Source: Bispira polyomma (lineage: Eukaryota). Taken from it: a stretch of 64,000 nucleotides of DNA. The stretch lies in contig OZ287752.1 in the NCBI GenBank assembly GCA_965649765.1, forward strand, positions 13,082,001-13,146,000. The letters run 5' to 3'. Below, piece after piece: positions 39,441 to 53,200 of this stretch (its first letter is position 1; each line of letters starts with the position of its first letter). The position numbers were made by a program, and so were the translations under genes. A model generated the notes under the pieces. That model saw only the letters and a program-made list of their open reading frames with translations. It did no database searches and was not told the DNA's origin.

Positions 39441-40252
39441 GTACCCCCATAAATATTATTAAATTTTACGTCAATTCCTTGAAATAGGAAACTGTTAGTA
39501 CGGCAGACTTTTTTATTTAAAAATAAAATGTGAGGTTGTTTAATGAATGCCGGAAGAACTCTGTGGGGTGTGTTTTAGTGAATCCAGCTATCTGTGAACT
39601 ATTTTCCGAAAAAAATTTCCTTTAGTTCCCAGGAATAGTTTTTTTCTTGTAGTCGCAAGAGTTAGGAAGAAGTACTTATGCTTCATTGAGCTTTATGTCA
39701 CATGTGTAATCAACTGACCACACTTGCTAAAAAATAACATTGTGGTTGCCAAAGGTGACCCTTTCGGAAAAAGAAATTGTCGGTGACCAAATCACTGGTG
39801 CTGATACTGACAGTGACGAAATAAAATGCATTTTATTTCAGACACCTATAATCCTCCTATTGACAGTAATATTGCGACTGTCAATTTGTAAACAATGTTG
39901 CATAATTCCCTCACTGGACAAAATAAAGGCATCAGAAATAACAGGTGAATAGCTTCTTAATATCTGTGTGTGTTGTGTTGATATAAGTTATCATATATGT
40001 TGTCTGATGATATATTCTATTAATATGTAACAGTTTAGATATATTTATGTGTTGGGTTTTCTTCATTGAATTCTGTATTATTGTCTAGTTTTAATGTCAG
40101 TTTTGTTTTTTAAAGTATATTTTTTTTTAAATGTGCCCAATTTCTGCTCTCTTCAAACTATTTAATGGACTTGTCTGGAGAGTTTTTTTTAAATAATTGT
40201 TATAGTGTGTAAAGAATTATGCAATTATCTACCTGTATTGGACTATTGGAGT

Positions 40253-40451
40253 CAGGAATCTAAAATTCGCCGCTGTAGCTGTAATTTAAGACAAATTAAT
40301 AAAAACTGGCGAAAAAAATAACTGGAACTTAGGTAATTAAGGCGAAATAGTCACAAAAATCTCAATATCAGCAATTATTACCCACAATTCGACCTAAAAC
40401 ACATTTTCTAGGTGGCGAATTTGAGATAGAGTGGCGAATTTTAGATTCCTT
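40253..40451. mobile_element. Small MITE (hAT-like CAGG terminus)
   Basis: TIRs caggaatctaaaattcgcc / ggcgaattttagattcct. Confidence 0.55.
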
Positions 40452-41049
40452 GGATAATTGCATAGTCAGAAATACAGTCTATAAATTTATTTTTTGAAAA
40501 TTCCAGAAAGAAAACTCTTTAACAAAAATAAAATCGCAAAATTATCCCTATACAGTTTAACAGGGGGAAAACTTTTGGCCCACTTTGAATGAAGTGACCC
40601 TCAACACCTGTTCAGCCTACCATACCGTCCATATGTGAATGGGGCATAAGCCAGTGTTGTAACCCATTAGGCCTATACATATAATGGCTTGGATGACCAT
40701 TGAGCCATGTGCCAGCTAGTGGTAGACTAAAGAACCTTAAGCATGACTTGATAAATACTGTAAACAACAGAAATTACTTGGCTCTGCTGTAAACTTATAA
40801 AGAGGCTTGCTGCTGCTGGGATTTGATAATGGGCTGTCATGGATCTTGAGAATAATAGTCCAGTACATTAACAGTTGATCTTAATGGGAAACTACATAAG
40901 CCAGAGTGTTTAACGCGCTGATATACATGAATATTACATGCCTCTTCAAACATCAGAATCAATCAGCCAATAGAAAAATGAAAAAAACATAGTCAGGTCG
41001 TAAGGATGGATGCATCAGCGATGGATGCATCAGCGCCCAGGACTACTGC

Positions 41050-41540
41050 GGATAGGCGAGCCTGAAGAGATAGGTTTTAAGCCTTTTCCTAAAACCAGAA
41101 AGTGTATTGAGCAGTCTGAGTTCAACTGGAAGACTGTTCCATAACATACGGGCGGCGACCGAGAAGGCTCTAAATCCAACCCTCTTGGTGGGTTTTTTAG
41201 AGGAAACAGAGAATCTCTTTTTCCTCTTTTAAGGTTGCTGAAGGAGAGCTTAGTAGCGAGGCTCTTGAGAGAGGCTTTAAAAATGGTTACGTGCATTTTA
41301 AACAGGATTCAATATTGAATAGGAAGCCAGTGAAGTTTCTTGAGGTATGGAGTGACATCAGTACGGATATCCAAACAAAAGATGACTCTACATAGATAGT
41401 TTTGAATGGCCTGTAACTTATTCATGTGGGACTTATTGGCTATATACAGAAGAGAATTACAGTAGTCAAGGCGGCTACGTACAAGAGCGTTGGCTAAAGT
41501 GAAAGTGATAGCAGTATCTAGTGACAGATGGATCTTGAGA
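41050..41540 (-). mobile_element. Degenerate L2 3' fragment
   Basis: HLSLDTAIT..LANALVRSRLDYCNSLL...LHWLPI, related to the 4987-7062 family. Confidence 0.8.
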
Positions 41541-41742
41541 TAAATAGTCCAGTACACTAACAGTTTAGGTAAAGGGGAAACCACAGAAGCCAGAGTGTTT
41601 ATTGCGCTGATATACACGGATATTACAATACCGTTGTCCCCATATAACGCCTATTGTTGAGGACTGAATCCATTTTACCCCTGTGTGTATCGGCAAGCAG
41701 TTTCCTTTTTTTTTCTTTAACTTCCTTCAACAATAGCAAATT

Positions 41743-41980
41743 TTGAATTTGAATTTGGATATTAAACGTCCACTCTAGTACCTTTTAGTAGGTTATATTG
41801 GGACGGGTAGTTGGAAACGCTGGAGGAAACACTGCATACAGTTGGTCAAGGTTCTGCACTGAAACCAGCGGCCCACAGTAAGGAACTACTACCTTTCCCA
41901 CATAGGTATCGACCGGATTCGATTTCATGCCGCCCAGAGGTGAGAGACCAGTGATTGTGAACCACTAGGCCACTGCGGCC
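41743..41980 (-). mobile_element. tRNA-derived SINE (family A)
   Basis: Reverse complement of the 37791 copy; TSD caatagcaaatt. Confidence 0.85.
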
Positions 41981-42849
41981 AATAGCAAATTGTTAGTACA
42001 GCAGACAACTTTGTTTTAAATAAAATTATACTTGAGGCTTTTTATTTAATGCTGAAAGTATAGTATAATCTGAAGTGGTGTGTGTTTTAGTAACTCCAGC
42101 TATCTGTGTAACCTATAACCCAAAGAATAATTCCCTTCAGTTAATACATTGCATTTACATTTTACATTTATTTACTAAATAATACTTCTTTTTGGGCCAC
42201 CTACCTTTTATAAGGTTTAACTTATACATTTTGGTGATCACACTGCTTCATTTAAGGTGACCTTAAATTAATCTGGTTGACAGAAATAAGCTAAATTTAA
42301 AGTAAAAATTTAAACTCAATGTAAGTCAACCTCAAATTGAAAACTTAACGTAACCTTAAAATGAACATTACTTCATTTAGGTTGATCTTAAACTCAGGTA
42401 TGGTGACCTTAAAAGAAATCTGTCAAAAGATCTTAGAACTAACTTAGATAATAAACTAATATACCCCATATGCTTTCATCACTGGCTTTCAAGGGCAAAA
42501 GTAAACAAGGTTACGGGAGAGGCACTGTTCACTTAAGAGTCAAAAGTGTTAAGTATGTTTAACTCCTGATTGGTTGTTCAGTGCCGCAGTTATAGTATAA
42601 TAAAAAAAAAACTCTTGGCTGCAATATTATTTTATTACACATCAGTGTTCTTAAATAACACAACAAATATTTGTTGTATATTAAATATACATACTATTTT
42701 ACAGTTTCTTTTTTTGTATATGAAATACACAGCAATTCACAAAATACAATTTATGGCTCTTTTAACAAAAAATATGGCTTTTTAGGTCATGGCTTTGTTT
42801 TTAATTAAACTACCTACTACCACATAATAACACATTTTCTTGTATATAA

Positions 42850-43480
42850 AGCCCTGGTCACATTGACTTCGTTCGAGTTTACGTTCATTTCATTTTTTTA
42901 TTTTGAAAAATGTAGCAATTGGAAATAAACAAAGTGAAATTCTGGAAATGTAACAAAACATCAACGTACAGGCCATTTTGTACACGTTCTAGACATGTTT
43001 GTACATGCATTTAATACATTTTTGTAGACATTTTAATTATGTTTGTATTGTCAGTCATGTTTCTAAACACATTAGCCACATTTCTAAATAAGCTAGCCAC
43101 GTTTTTAAAAATGTTTCAGTTTCGTTCTCTCCCGTCACCATCGTAAATAGGTTGCATTCGCTTCATCTATGTCTTTGACGTTTCTGGTTATTATTTGGAT
43201 GTATAATATGTCTTACTGGCATCCTTTACATTTATATGCGCATTGAAGACATGTTATACGCAAACACACCGCCAGTTTTAGTAGAGATCGTCAAATATGC
43301 CACAAACATGCTTACATTTCGTGCAGCACGAAATCATAAAATTAAGGGACCATATCACTTACGTATAGATACATTCATGTATGCATACTTCATCCACTAT
43401 GGAAAACTTTCACCTTTTATTTGCTATTTTTAGCCATTTTTTTAGGGAAATCAAAATGTAAGCCTAGTGTGACCAGGGCC
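42850..43480. mobile_element. PIF/Harbinger-type MITE
   Basis: TIRs agccctggtcaca / tgtgaccagggcc, TAA TSD, no ORF. Confidence 0.8.
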
Positions 43481-44206
43481 TAAAATACAAATAAAAAATG
43501 CAGAATTTCAAAACATGATTATGGCTTTTACAAAAGGAATGGACTGCAGTTGTAAGGACAACTACAATCTAGACACATATAAAATATAATTACATATCAA
43601 AAGAATAACAATAATATCAATGTAAACAAAACATGTAAACAAAAAAATGTAAACAAAACAATATATACAAGGCTAGAAGTAAGTTATGGCTTTTACACAA
43701 TATATATGGCTGTTTGTTTGGAAAGACTATCTAGAATAGATAATATACATGTCACTATAATAAAATACAAAAAAAAATTTAAAAAACATATAACATAGAA
43801 AGAAAGAACAAGCAGAATAATACAAATGTAAACAATCAATGTAAAAAAAAAAAAAAAAAAACATATGACTTGTTTAAATGACTAGAATATCATAATGTAA
43901 CTAAAACAAACTTTTTAAAAAATCCTAATTAAATGAATTTGTTGTCAACAAAAACCACCAGCACAAACCAAACAATATACAGTAAGTGCAATAAAACAAA
44001 ACAAAAATCCTCATATATAAATAAAAAACAGTTTTATATTATAAAATCTACAACAATATATTAAAATACAACTCAGCAACCCTTGCATGACATTAGAGCT
44101 GAGTAATGTCCAGTGTTCTCATGTGATAAGTTTTTTTAGTTTGTGCCACAGTTTATATCCCCTGGTTGGTGGTGGTCAGGGATATCAAGGTCATCATGAC
44201 TAAAGC

Positions 44207-47200
44207 TTAGGACTCTGGGCCGACCCTGCATAGTGAGAGATATACAAATACAGTGTTCAAAAAAAAAAAAAACATATGCATGTGTAGCTGACCGAATGCA
44301 GGCCTGGCCGTTGATATTTATCTTGACCATTTCAAGATAATGGTCTGACTGTTTGTGGACCTACCAAAAATTATTTTTAATAGTTTACTTGTAACATTTA
44401 TTGCTCGGTGAGTGTGTGCAAACTTTTATTACAGTGAATGTACTTATAATTAAATTTTGATATCTCCATAATAAATGAATATTTAATAAATTTAGTACAT
44501 AATACCTTGAATTCAGAATTCTAGATAGCAAATGACAATTACAACCACCTTCCCCTTTTTACTCCTCCATTTCAAAAACTTCATTTCATTGTGGTACGTA
44601 CCTCTTCTTACTTTGTGCCTCTTTCACTATGTGGCTTAAAGTTGATGTTATTAGTTCCACCAATGGGTACCTACTAGGTATGTAGTTACTTTACTTAGTA
44701 TATCACTGTTGTGTCAATTTCTAAACCTAACTGGGCCAGTCCCTTGCCAGTTTTTAATGCCCCAAATTGATGATGCCAGGCATCTTCTAAACGCAACATC
44801 ATTGATAAGTTGTTAAAAATGTAGTCTGTTTCAAATGCATATTCGTGATCGTGAGTTGTATACTTAACTTACTAGTCATATATTTACGTTGTGTTTGGAC
44901 TAGACGGGGCTAGTCCCTTTCTATCGTATTTTTGTTCTTTTTTTAGTTATCACTTCTGTATGCCCGCCTATATGTGGGTTTCGTTACTATCTTTATGTTG
45001 ACTCTGGTGGTTATTTTAAAATTGTACTATCTTTACTATCTTTCAAATTAACCTACTTGGTTCATACAAATTTTGTAAATACTGTACATATATACTAATA
45101 TTGTGTGCAAAAATAAATCTGCCAATTTCTATCTTTTTATTATCTTTAAGGTTTTATTGATAATAATCTATTGATCTGGTTATCTTGTTTTTGAAATCTT
45201 GGTACTAGAAGTTGAAAAATTAATTGAATTCATTAGCAACAAAATAACTACTTTGTAGATGCCTCTATAAAATATGATTGTCATTGTTCTTAACTTGTTT
45301 AAGTGTGAGATCTATACTGTCTTTTTTTTTTACTTGATTCATTTTTTATGTGCAATGTGTTTAATCTCATACATGTGTATTGATGATGATCAATGCTATG
45401 TTTTTAATACTATTTTATCAAGTTATAATAATGCGTGTTTAATATTGATCTGGTCTACAATTTTGTATGTTTTTATGATACACTATATCTATTGTAGAAA
45501 AAGAATACATATACAACTGACCGCTTGATTTGGCAGCAGGTCAGGCAGGCGGCTCCGGGGCCCGTGCAGTAGATCTGCCCCCCACAGCAGCCCGGTGTCG
45601 CCACTGGGTTGGTGCTGTAGTTGCAGCACTTGTCAGCCAGTCTGTGGTGGCAGCAGCAGCAGAGGATCAGAGTCAGGGCAAGAACCAGCAATACTACACT
45701 CTGCAGAAGCGCCACGAGTTCTGGTGGGAAAAACAAGTTAATAGCAGTAAAGATACCGTTACATTTTTAGTAATTTTTAACTCATAAATATATGTTTTAG
45801 AATAGTTATTGCAATAAATCAGTAAACACTTATAACATTTTTTTTTTTTCATTTTTTTATTCTCAATTTTTTTTTCAGGTTTCAATTCATTTAGTCACTC
45901 TTTTTCACAAATATAGTAGGTCTATTTTTGTTACAATTATATGAACCACATTCATGTCTTAGTGTATTGATACAGTTTCACATCATCTGTATGAATGTAT
46001 TGAATAGAAAAATATAAATTGGAATAAAATAAAGTAATGGTTATTTAAAAAAAACTAGGTGTTCAGCTTAAATGAATTGTATGTGAAATACTTGTTGGTT
46101 TATATCTTCTAAAAGACAAGCTTTTTAAAGTCATAGATTATGTTATTTTTTTGGAAAAAAATATTTTATCAACTGCAAAAGAGTAAATAATCAGAATCTC
46201 CTATTTTTTTCAAATTAATTTGCATACTAAAAACAAATAGTAAATATTATTTTAACATATAAAGAGCTACAAAATTGTGTAAGTAAAGACCACCCTGTAC
46301 ACGTCATACTTTAAAAGTGTTTGATCACAAACTAAGACTGAGGTGACGGAAAAAGTTAAATCCATGACTAATTTACATGGTGTTATTGCATCAATATCAA
46401 AATATCAGAAACCACTTCATCCATCTCAGTTTTCTTGCAATAAAAATTCTCTAAATTTGTTTTCGGATCCATCCAAGTGTGTTGTTCGGTCAACATTACC
46501 GCCCAGGATTATGGCACTATTTGCTGACAAAGTGTTGCTTGTGCAAGGACTACACTTTTAAATACAGTGAAACTTGTATATCATGAAGGGAATGCTTGAA
46601 AACGGTCTCATCTAGGTGAGGTCTAGGTGTTTCTATGGAGCTGAATGTCGTGCTATAAACTTGTGATATGAGGCCTGTAATATGTCCAAACCGTCTCTCC
46701 TATAAAGGTCAAGTATTGCTATTTGGAAAAATTTAGGCAGTCTCCTGTCACACAACATAAGAGTGGTATTTCAACACAGACTATTTGTTGTAGGAAAATT
46801 CATGGGATGATTTCAAAAGTGGTCTTTAGGTAGGAATGGTCATTTTCTGAGAGTGGTGGTCACTAGTACAGGTTTGACCGTATCTGAGATAATCCATAGC
46901 GCTTTGGGTCCCTCATTTTGGGAAACCTCTGTGGTGTTGTGAGCACGAATCTTGACCCTGGTGTGTGTGGATGTGGCAAAGTTGACAGTAGACACTTGCT
47001 GAAGGCCAGTAGTTTGCCAAGCAAGAAACAGCTGGACTCCAATTGACTCTGTTCTAATTTCTGGCCAGGGGTGAACTGCGCACCGTGATATATATATATA
47101 TATATGATGCAATACGTGTAGAAAGTGATGTTTTAAGGCTCCAACTTATCTAATCTAATACAGCAACAAATGATAGCAAAGCATAACATATTATTAAACT

Positions 47201-50200
47201 AGCAGTATTATGAACGCCTGTGTGATAACCTTACCCATTGTGACCTAAGGTGGCCCTACTAGTAGTCATTTATAAACACCTGTTTCTCACAATCACTGGT
47301 TTCTTCTACCATTGAATCTAGCTGTCATGATATGACATACGTTGTTAAAGGCAACGTAAAACAACAACTAAAGTAAATTTCTTCTGGGAGGGACCACTAT
47401 GTGACCTAATGGTTAGAAGTGCCTGGTTCACAATCACGAGTCTCTCTAACCAGCATTGGTTCAAATCCCTGTCTTCCCTTCATGTGGAGAAGTTTGCTAG
47501 CTACTTGCCGTAGGGTTCGTGGTTTACAGTGGCGCTTCTTCCACCATTGAATCTGGCTGTCGTGACACACCCTAAGCTACCGAAGGTGGCGTGAAAAACC
47601 CAGCTGGATTGTAAATTACTTGTGTACAACTAACATAGATGTTGAGTTTTGACTTATGTTCATACCTATGAGCAGGGCTCTATTCCATGTCTGTCCTGGA
47701 AAGTAGAATACACATAAAAAAAACACATTTATATAAAATCATAAAAACAGCAATATAACTTCTTTTTTTTTTATTTAGGCAATTTTTACCAAAAATACAA
47801 TACAATACAATACACAAACAAAAAACATTATAGAATTACTCAATAGAAAAACAAACAAAAAAAAAACAATAATACAAACAAACACGCACTTGCCTACATG
47901 ATACAATTATTGTTAAGACACTGTGACGTTAAATATATTTAATACTATTTATATTTCAGAAATAATCTTCTGTTTATTTGGCCATATAACTTTCATCTTT
48001 ACTTTCTTTACTTGATCATTGATATCAGCTAAACCTTACAGAAACATTTTACAGTCCTTCCAATAGGGTTCTTTATTATTTATTTCACAATCATGTATGA
48101 AGTTTTTAAAGTACCTAATAGAACAATTAAATTCGTTTTCATAGCTAATATAATTTTGATTTTTAAGTCCAAAACCTAGAATTATATCCCTTTTATCCTC
48201 TCATATGCTGCACTCAAGTTATGGAATGACCAACCACAATGTATTAGATGCTCACCTTCTAATTAACATTTAAAAGCAAGCTGAAGACCTATCTTTATCA
48301 AAAAACCATATCCCACCTGACATGGTCTTACTATCACCAACTCCCTCTCTGGAAACTCTCTAGGTTGCGAATTTTAGATTTCTTATTATATACTTTATAA
48401 TCATATATACCTGCTGTTTTATACAACCTAATTATGGGGAGTAAAGGGCTTTACAGAAAAATTGGAAATAATATAATAAAAAACAATTACATAGACTACT
48501 GCCGGCCTGCACGACACTACACCACACAGCAATTGGCCTTGGGATACCAAAACCAAATCACAAATACCAAAACATAGCTCTTTGTTGAGTGTTTTGTCCT
48601 GATGAGGGCAAAAAAAGGTATGCTGGACAGAAATTTGAAGTACATCCAGTGTACAATTTCTAGGGCCCCCTTTTCTAAAGGTTACAAAAAAAAAAAAAAA
48701 AAATTGGCCTTCGGAGAAAACTATAAAAAAACTGTTGCATCGTTAGGTTACCCCATGTAGTATTTAGCAAAATCATTAGGATTGTGTAGTGTTATGCCGT
48801 GATTGATGTGAATAGTACTGTGGTGCTGTGACGTGTTGTCCCCTGTACTGTGGTGCAGTGTAGTGTCGTGTAGGCGGGGGTTGTAAAGGCCTTTAGAACT
48901 GTACACCTACCTTCAGTGGTGCCTGTGGTATGCACTGCAGTGACATCACAGTTTGTGGTGGTGGTGACTATGGGACTGGAAGCGGTATCTACTTCAGTGC
49001 TCGTTGAGGGGTCTGTAGGTCCAACCGTTGTAGTCGTCGTAGTCGTAGTCGTCGCACTGTTGCCTGCTTGGTATAGATAAAGTAAAAAAAAGAAGGTTGA
49101 ACTTTGTAACAGTGTGTTATAACTGAGTAAAGGTTAATTAGCTCATTAAACACTCAGGATTCATGTGTTTCCCCTTTAGCTCAACTGTTAGCATACTAGA
49201 ATAATAACATGCCATGACAACCCAGGCGCAAATCCAGGCAGTGGTAAGCCTTTTGAAAAGTTTTTCAGCAGAGCGGAGTCATTTATGTTGTTTACATGGT
49301 GGAGAAAAATTGGAAATAATATAATAAAAAACAATTACATAGACTACTGCCGGCCTGCACGACACTACACCACACAACAATTGGCCTTGGGAGACCAAAA
49401 CCAAATCACAAATACCAAAACATAGCTCTTTGTTGAGTGTTTTGTCATGATGAGGGCAAAAAAAGGTATGCTGGACAGAAATTTGAAGTACATCCAGTGT
49501 ACAATTTCTAGGGCCCCCTTTTCTAAAGGTTACAAAAAAAAAAAAAAAAAAATTGGCCTTCGGAGAAAACTATAAAAAACACTGTTGCATCGTTAGGTTA
49601 CCCCATGTAGTATTTAGCAAAATCATTAGGATTGTGTAGTGTTATGCCGTGATTGATGTGAATAGTACTGCGGTGCTGTGACGTGTTGTCCCCTGTACTG
49701 TGGTGCAGTGTAGTGTCGTGTAGGCGGGGGTTGTAAAGGCCTTTAGAACTGTACACCTACCTTCAGTGGTGCCTGTGGTATGCACTGCAGTGACATCACT
49801 GTTTGTGGTTGTGGTGACTATGGGACTGGAAGCGGTATCTACTTCAGTGCTCGTTGAGGGGTCTGTAGGTCCAACCGTTGTAGTCGTCGTAGTCGTCGCA
49901 CTGTTGCCTGCTTGGTATAGATAAAGTAAAAAAAAGAAGGTTGAACTTTGTAACAGTGTGTTATAACTGAGTAAAGGTTAATTAGCTCATTAAACACTCA
50001 GGATTCATGTGTTTCCCCTTTAGCTCAACTGTTAGCATACTAGAATAATAACATGCCATGACAACCCAGGCGCAAATCCAGGCAGTGGTAAGCCTTTTGA
50101 AAAGTTTTTCAGCAGAGCGGAGTCATTTATGTTGTTTACATGGTGGAGAAAAATTGGAAATAATATAATAAAAAACAATTACATAGACTACTGCTGGCCT

Positions 50201-53200
50201 GCACGACACTACACCACACAACAATTGGCCTTGGGAGACCAAAACCAAATCACAAATACCAAAACATAGCTCTTTGTTGAGTGTTTTGTCATGATGAGGG
50301 CAAAAAAAGGTATGCTGGACAGAAATTTGAAGTACATCCAGTGTACAATTTCTAGGGCCCCCTTTTCTAAAGGTTACAAAAAAAAAAAAAAAAAAATTGG
50401 CCTTCGGAGAAAACTATAAAAAACACTGTTGCATCGTTAGGTTACCCCATGTAGTATTTAGCAAAATCATTAGGATTGTGTAGTGTTATGCCGTGATTGA
50501 TGTGAATAGTACTGCGGTGCTGTGACGTGTTGTCCCCTGTACTGTGGTGCAGTGTAGTGTCGTGTAGGCGGGGGTTGTAAAGGCCTTTAGAACTGTACAC
50601 CTACCTTCAGTGGTGCCTGTGGTATGCACTGCAGTGACATCACTGTTTGTGGTTGTGGTGACTATGGGACTGGAAGCGGTATCTACTTCAGTGCTCGTTG
50701 AGGGGTCTGTAGGTCCAACCGTTGTAGTCGTCGTAGTCGTCGCACTGTTGCCTGCTTGGTATAGATAAAGTAAAAAAAAAGAAGGTTGAACTTTGTAACA
50801 GTGTGTTATAACTGAGTAAAGGTTAATTAGCTCATTAAACACTCAGGATTCATGTGTTTCCCCTTTAGCTCAACTGTTAGCATACTAGAATAATAACATG
50901 CCATGACAACCCAGGCGCAAATCCAGGCAGTGGTAAGCCTTTTGAAAAGTTTTTCAGCAGAGCGGAGTCATTTATGTTGTTTACATGGTGGAGGAAAATT
51001 GGAAATAATATAATAAAAAACAATTACATAGACTACTGCCGGCCTGCATGACACCACACCACACAGCAATTGGCCTTGGGATACCAAAACCAAATCACAA
51101 ATACCAAAACATAGCTCTTTGTTGAGTGTTTTGTCATGATGAGGGCAAAAAAAAGGTATGCTGGACAGAAATTTGAAGTACATCCAGTGTACAATTTCTA
51201 GGGCCCCCTTTTCTAAAGGTTACAAAAAAAATTTAAAAAAAAAATTGGCCTTCGGAGAAAACTAAAAAAAACTGTTGCATCGTTAGGTTACCCCATGAAG
51301 TATTTAGCAAAATCATTAGGATTGTGTAGTGTTATGCCGTGATTGATGTGAATAGTACTGCGGTGCTGTGACGTGTTGTCCCCTGTACTGTGGTGCAGTG
51401 TAGTGTCGTGTAGGCGGGGGTTGTAAAGGCCTTTAGAACTGTACACCTACCTTCAGTGGTGCCTGTGGTGTGCACTGTGGTGACATCACTGTTTGTGGTT
51501 GTGGTGACTATGGGAGTGGAAGCGGTATCTACTTCAGTGCTCGTTGAGGGGTCTGTAGGTCCAACCGTTGTAGTCGTCGTAGTCGTCGCACTGTTGCCTG
51601 CTTGGTATAGATAAAGTAAAAAAAAAGAAGGTTGAACTTTGTAACAGTGTGTTATAACTGAGTAAAGGTTAATTAGCTCATTAAACACTCAGGATTCATG
51701 TGTTTCCCCTTTAGCTCAACTGTTAGCATACTAGAATAATAACATGCCATGACAACCCAGGCGCAAATCCAGGCAGTGGTAAGCCTTTTGAAAAGTTTTT
51801 CAGCAGAGCGGAGTCATTTATGTTGTTTACATGGTGGAGAAAAATTGGAAATAATATAATAAAAAACAATTACATAGACTACTGCCGGCCTGCACGACAC
51901 TACACCACACAACAATTGGCCTTGGGATACCAAAACTAAATCACAAATACCAAAACATAGCTCTTTGTTGAGTGTTTTGTCATGATGAGGGCAAAAAAAA
52001 GGTATGCTGGACAGAAATTTGAAGTACATCCAGTGTACAATTTCTAGGGCCCCCTTTTCTAAAGGTTACAAAAAAAAAAAAAAAAAAATTGGCCTTCGGA
52101 GAAAACTATAAAAAAAACTGTTGCATCGTTAGGTTACCCCATGTAGTATTTAGCAAAATCATTAGGATTGTGTAGTGTTATGCCGTGATTGATGTGAATA
52201 GTACTGCGGTGCTGTGACGTGTTGTCTCCTGTACTGTGGTGCAGTGTAGTGTCGTGTAGGCGGGGGTTGTAAAGGCCTTTAGAACTGTACACCTACCTTC
52301 AGTGGTGCCTGTGGTGTGCACTGTGGTGACATCACTGTTTGTGGTTGTGGTGACTATGGGAGTGGAAGCGGTATCTACTTCACTGCTCGTTGAGGGGTCT
52401 GTAGGTCCAACCGTTGTAGTCGTCGTAGTCGTAGCACTGTTGCCTGCTTGGTATAGATAAAGTAAAAAAAAAGAAGGTTGAACTTTGTAACAGTGTGTTA
52501 TAACTGAGTAAAGGTTAATTAGCTCATTAAACACTCAGGATTCATGTGTTTCCCCTTTAGCTCAACTGTTAGCATACTAGAATAATAACATGCCATGACA
52601 ACCCAGGCGCAAATCCAGGCAGTGGTAAGCCTTTTGAAAAGTTTTTCAGCAGAGCGGAGTCATTTATGTTGTTTACATGGTGGAGAAAAATTGGAAATAA
52701 TATAATAAAAAACAATTACATAGACTACTGCCGGCCTGCACGACACTACACCACACAACAATTGGCCTTGGGATACCAAAACCAAATCACAAATACCAAA
52801 ACATAGCTCTTTGTTGAGTGTTTTGTCATGATGAGGGCAAAAAAAGGTATGCTGGACAGAAATTTGAAGTACATCCAGTGTACAATTTCTAGGGCCCCCT
52901 TTTCTAAAGGTTACAAAAAAAAAAAAAAAAAAATTGGCCTTCGGAGAAAACTATAAAAAAAACTGTTGCATCGTTAGGTTACCCCATGAAGTATTTAGCA
53001 AAATCATTAGGATTGTGTAGTGTTATGCCGTGATTGATGTGAATAGTACTGCGGTGCTGTGACGTGTTGTCCCCTGTACTGTGGTGCAGTGTAGTGTCGT
53101 GTAGGCGGGGGTTGTAAAGGCCTTTAGAACTGTACACCTACCTTCAGTGGTGCCTGTGGTGTGCACTGTGGTGACATCACTGTTTGTGGTTGTGGTGACT

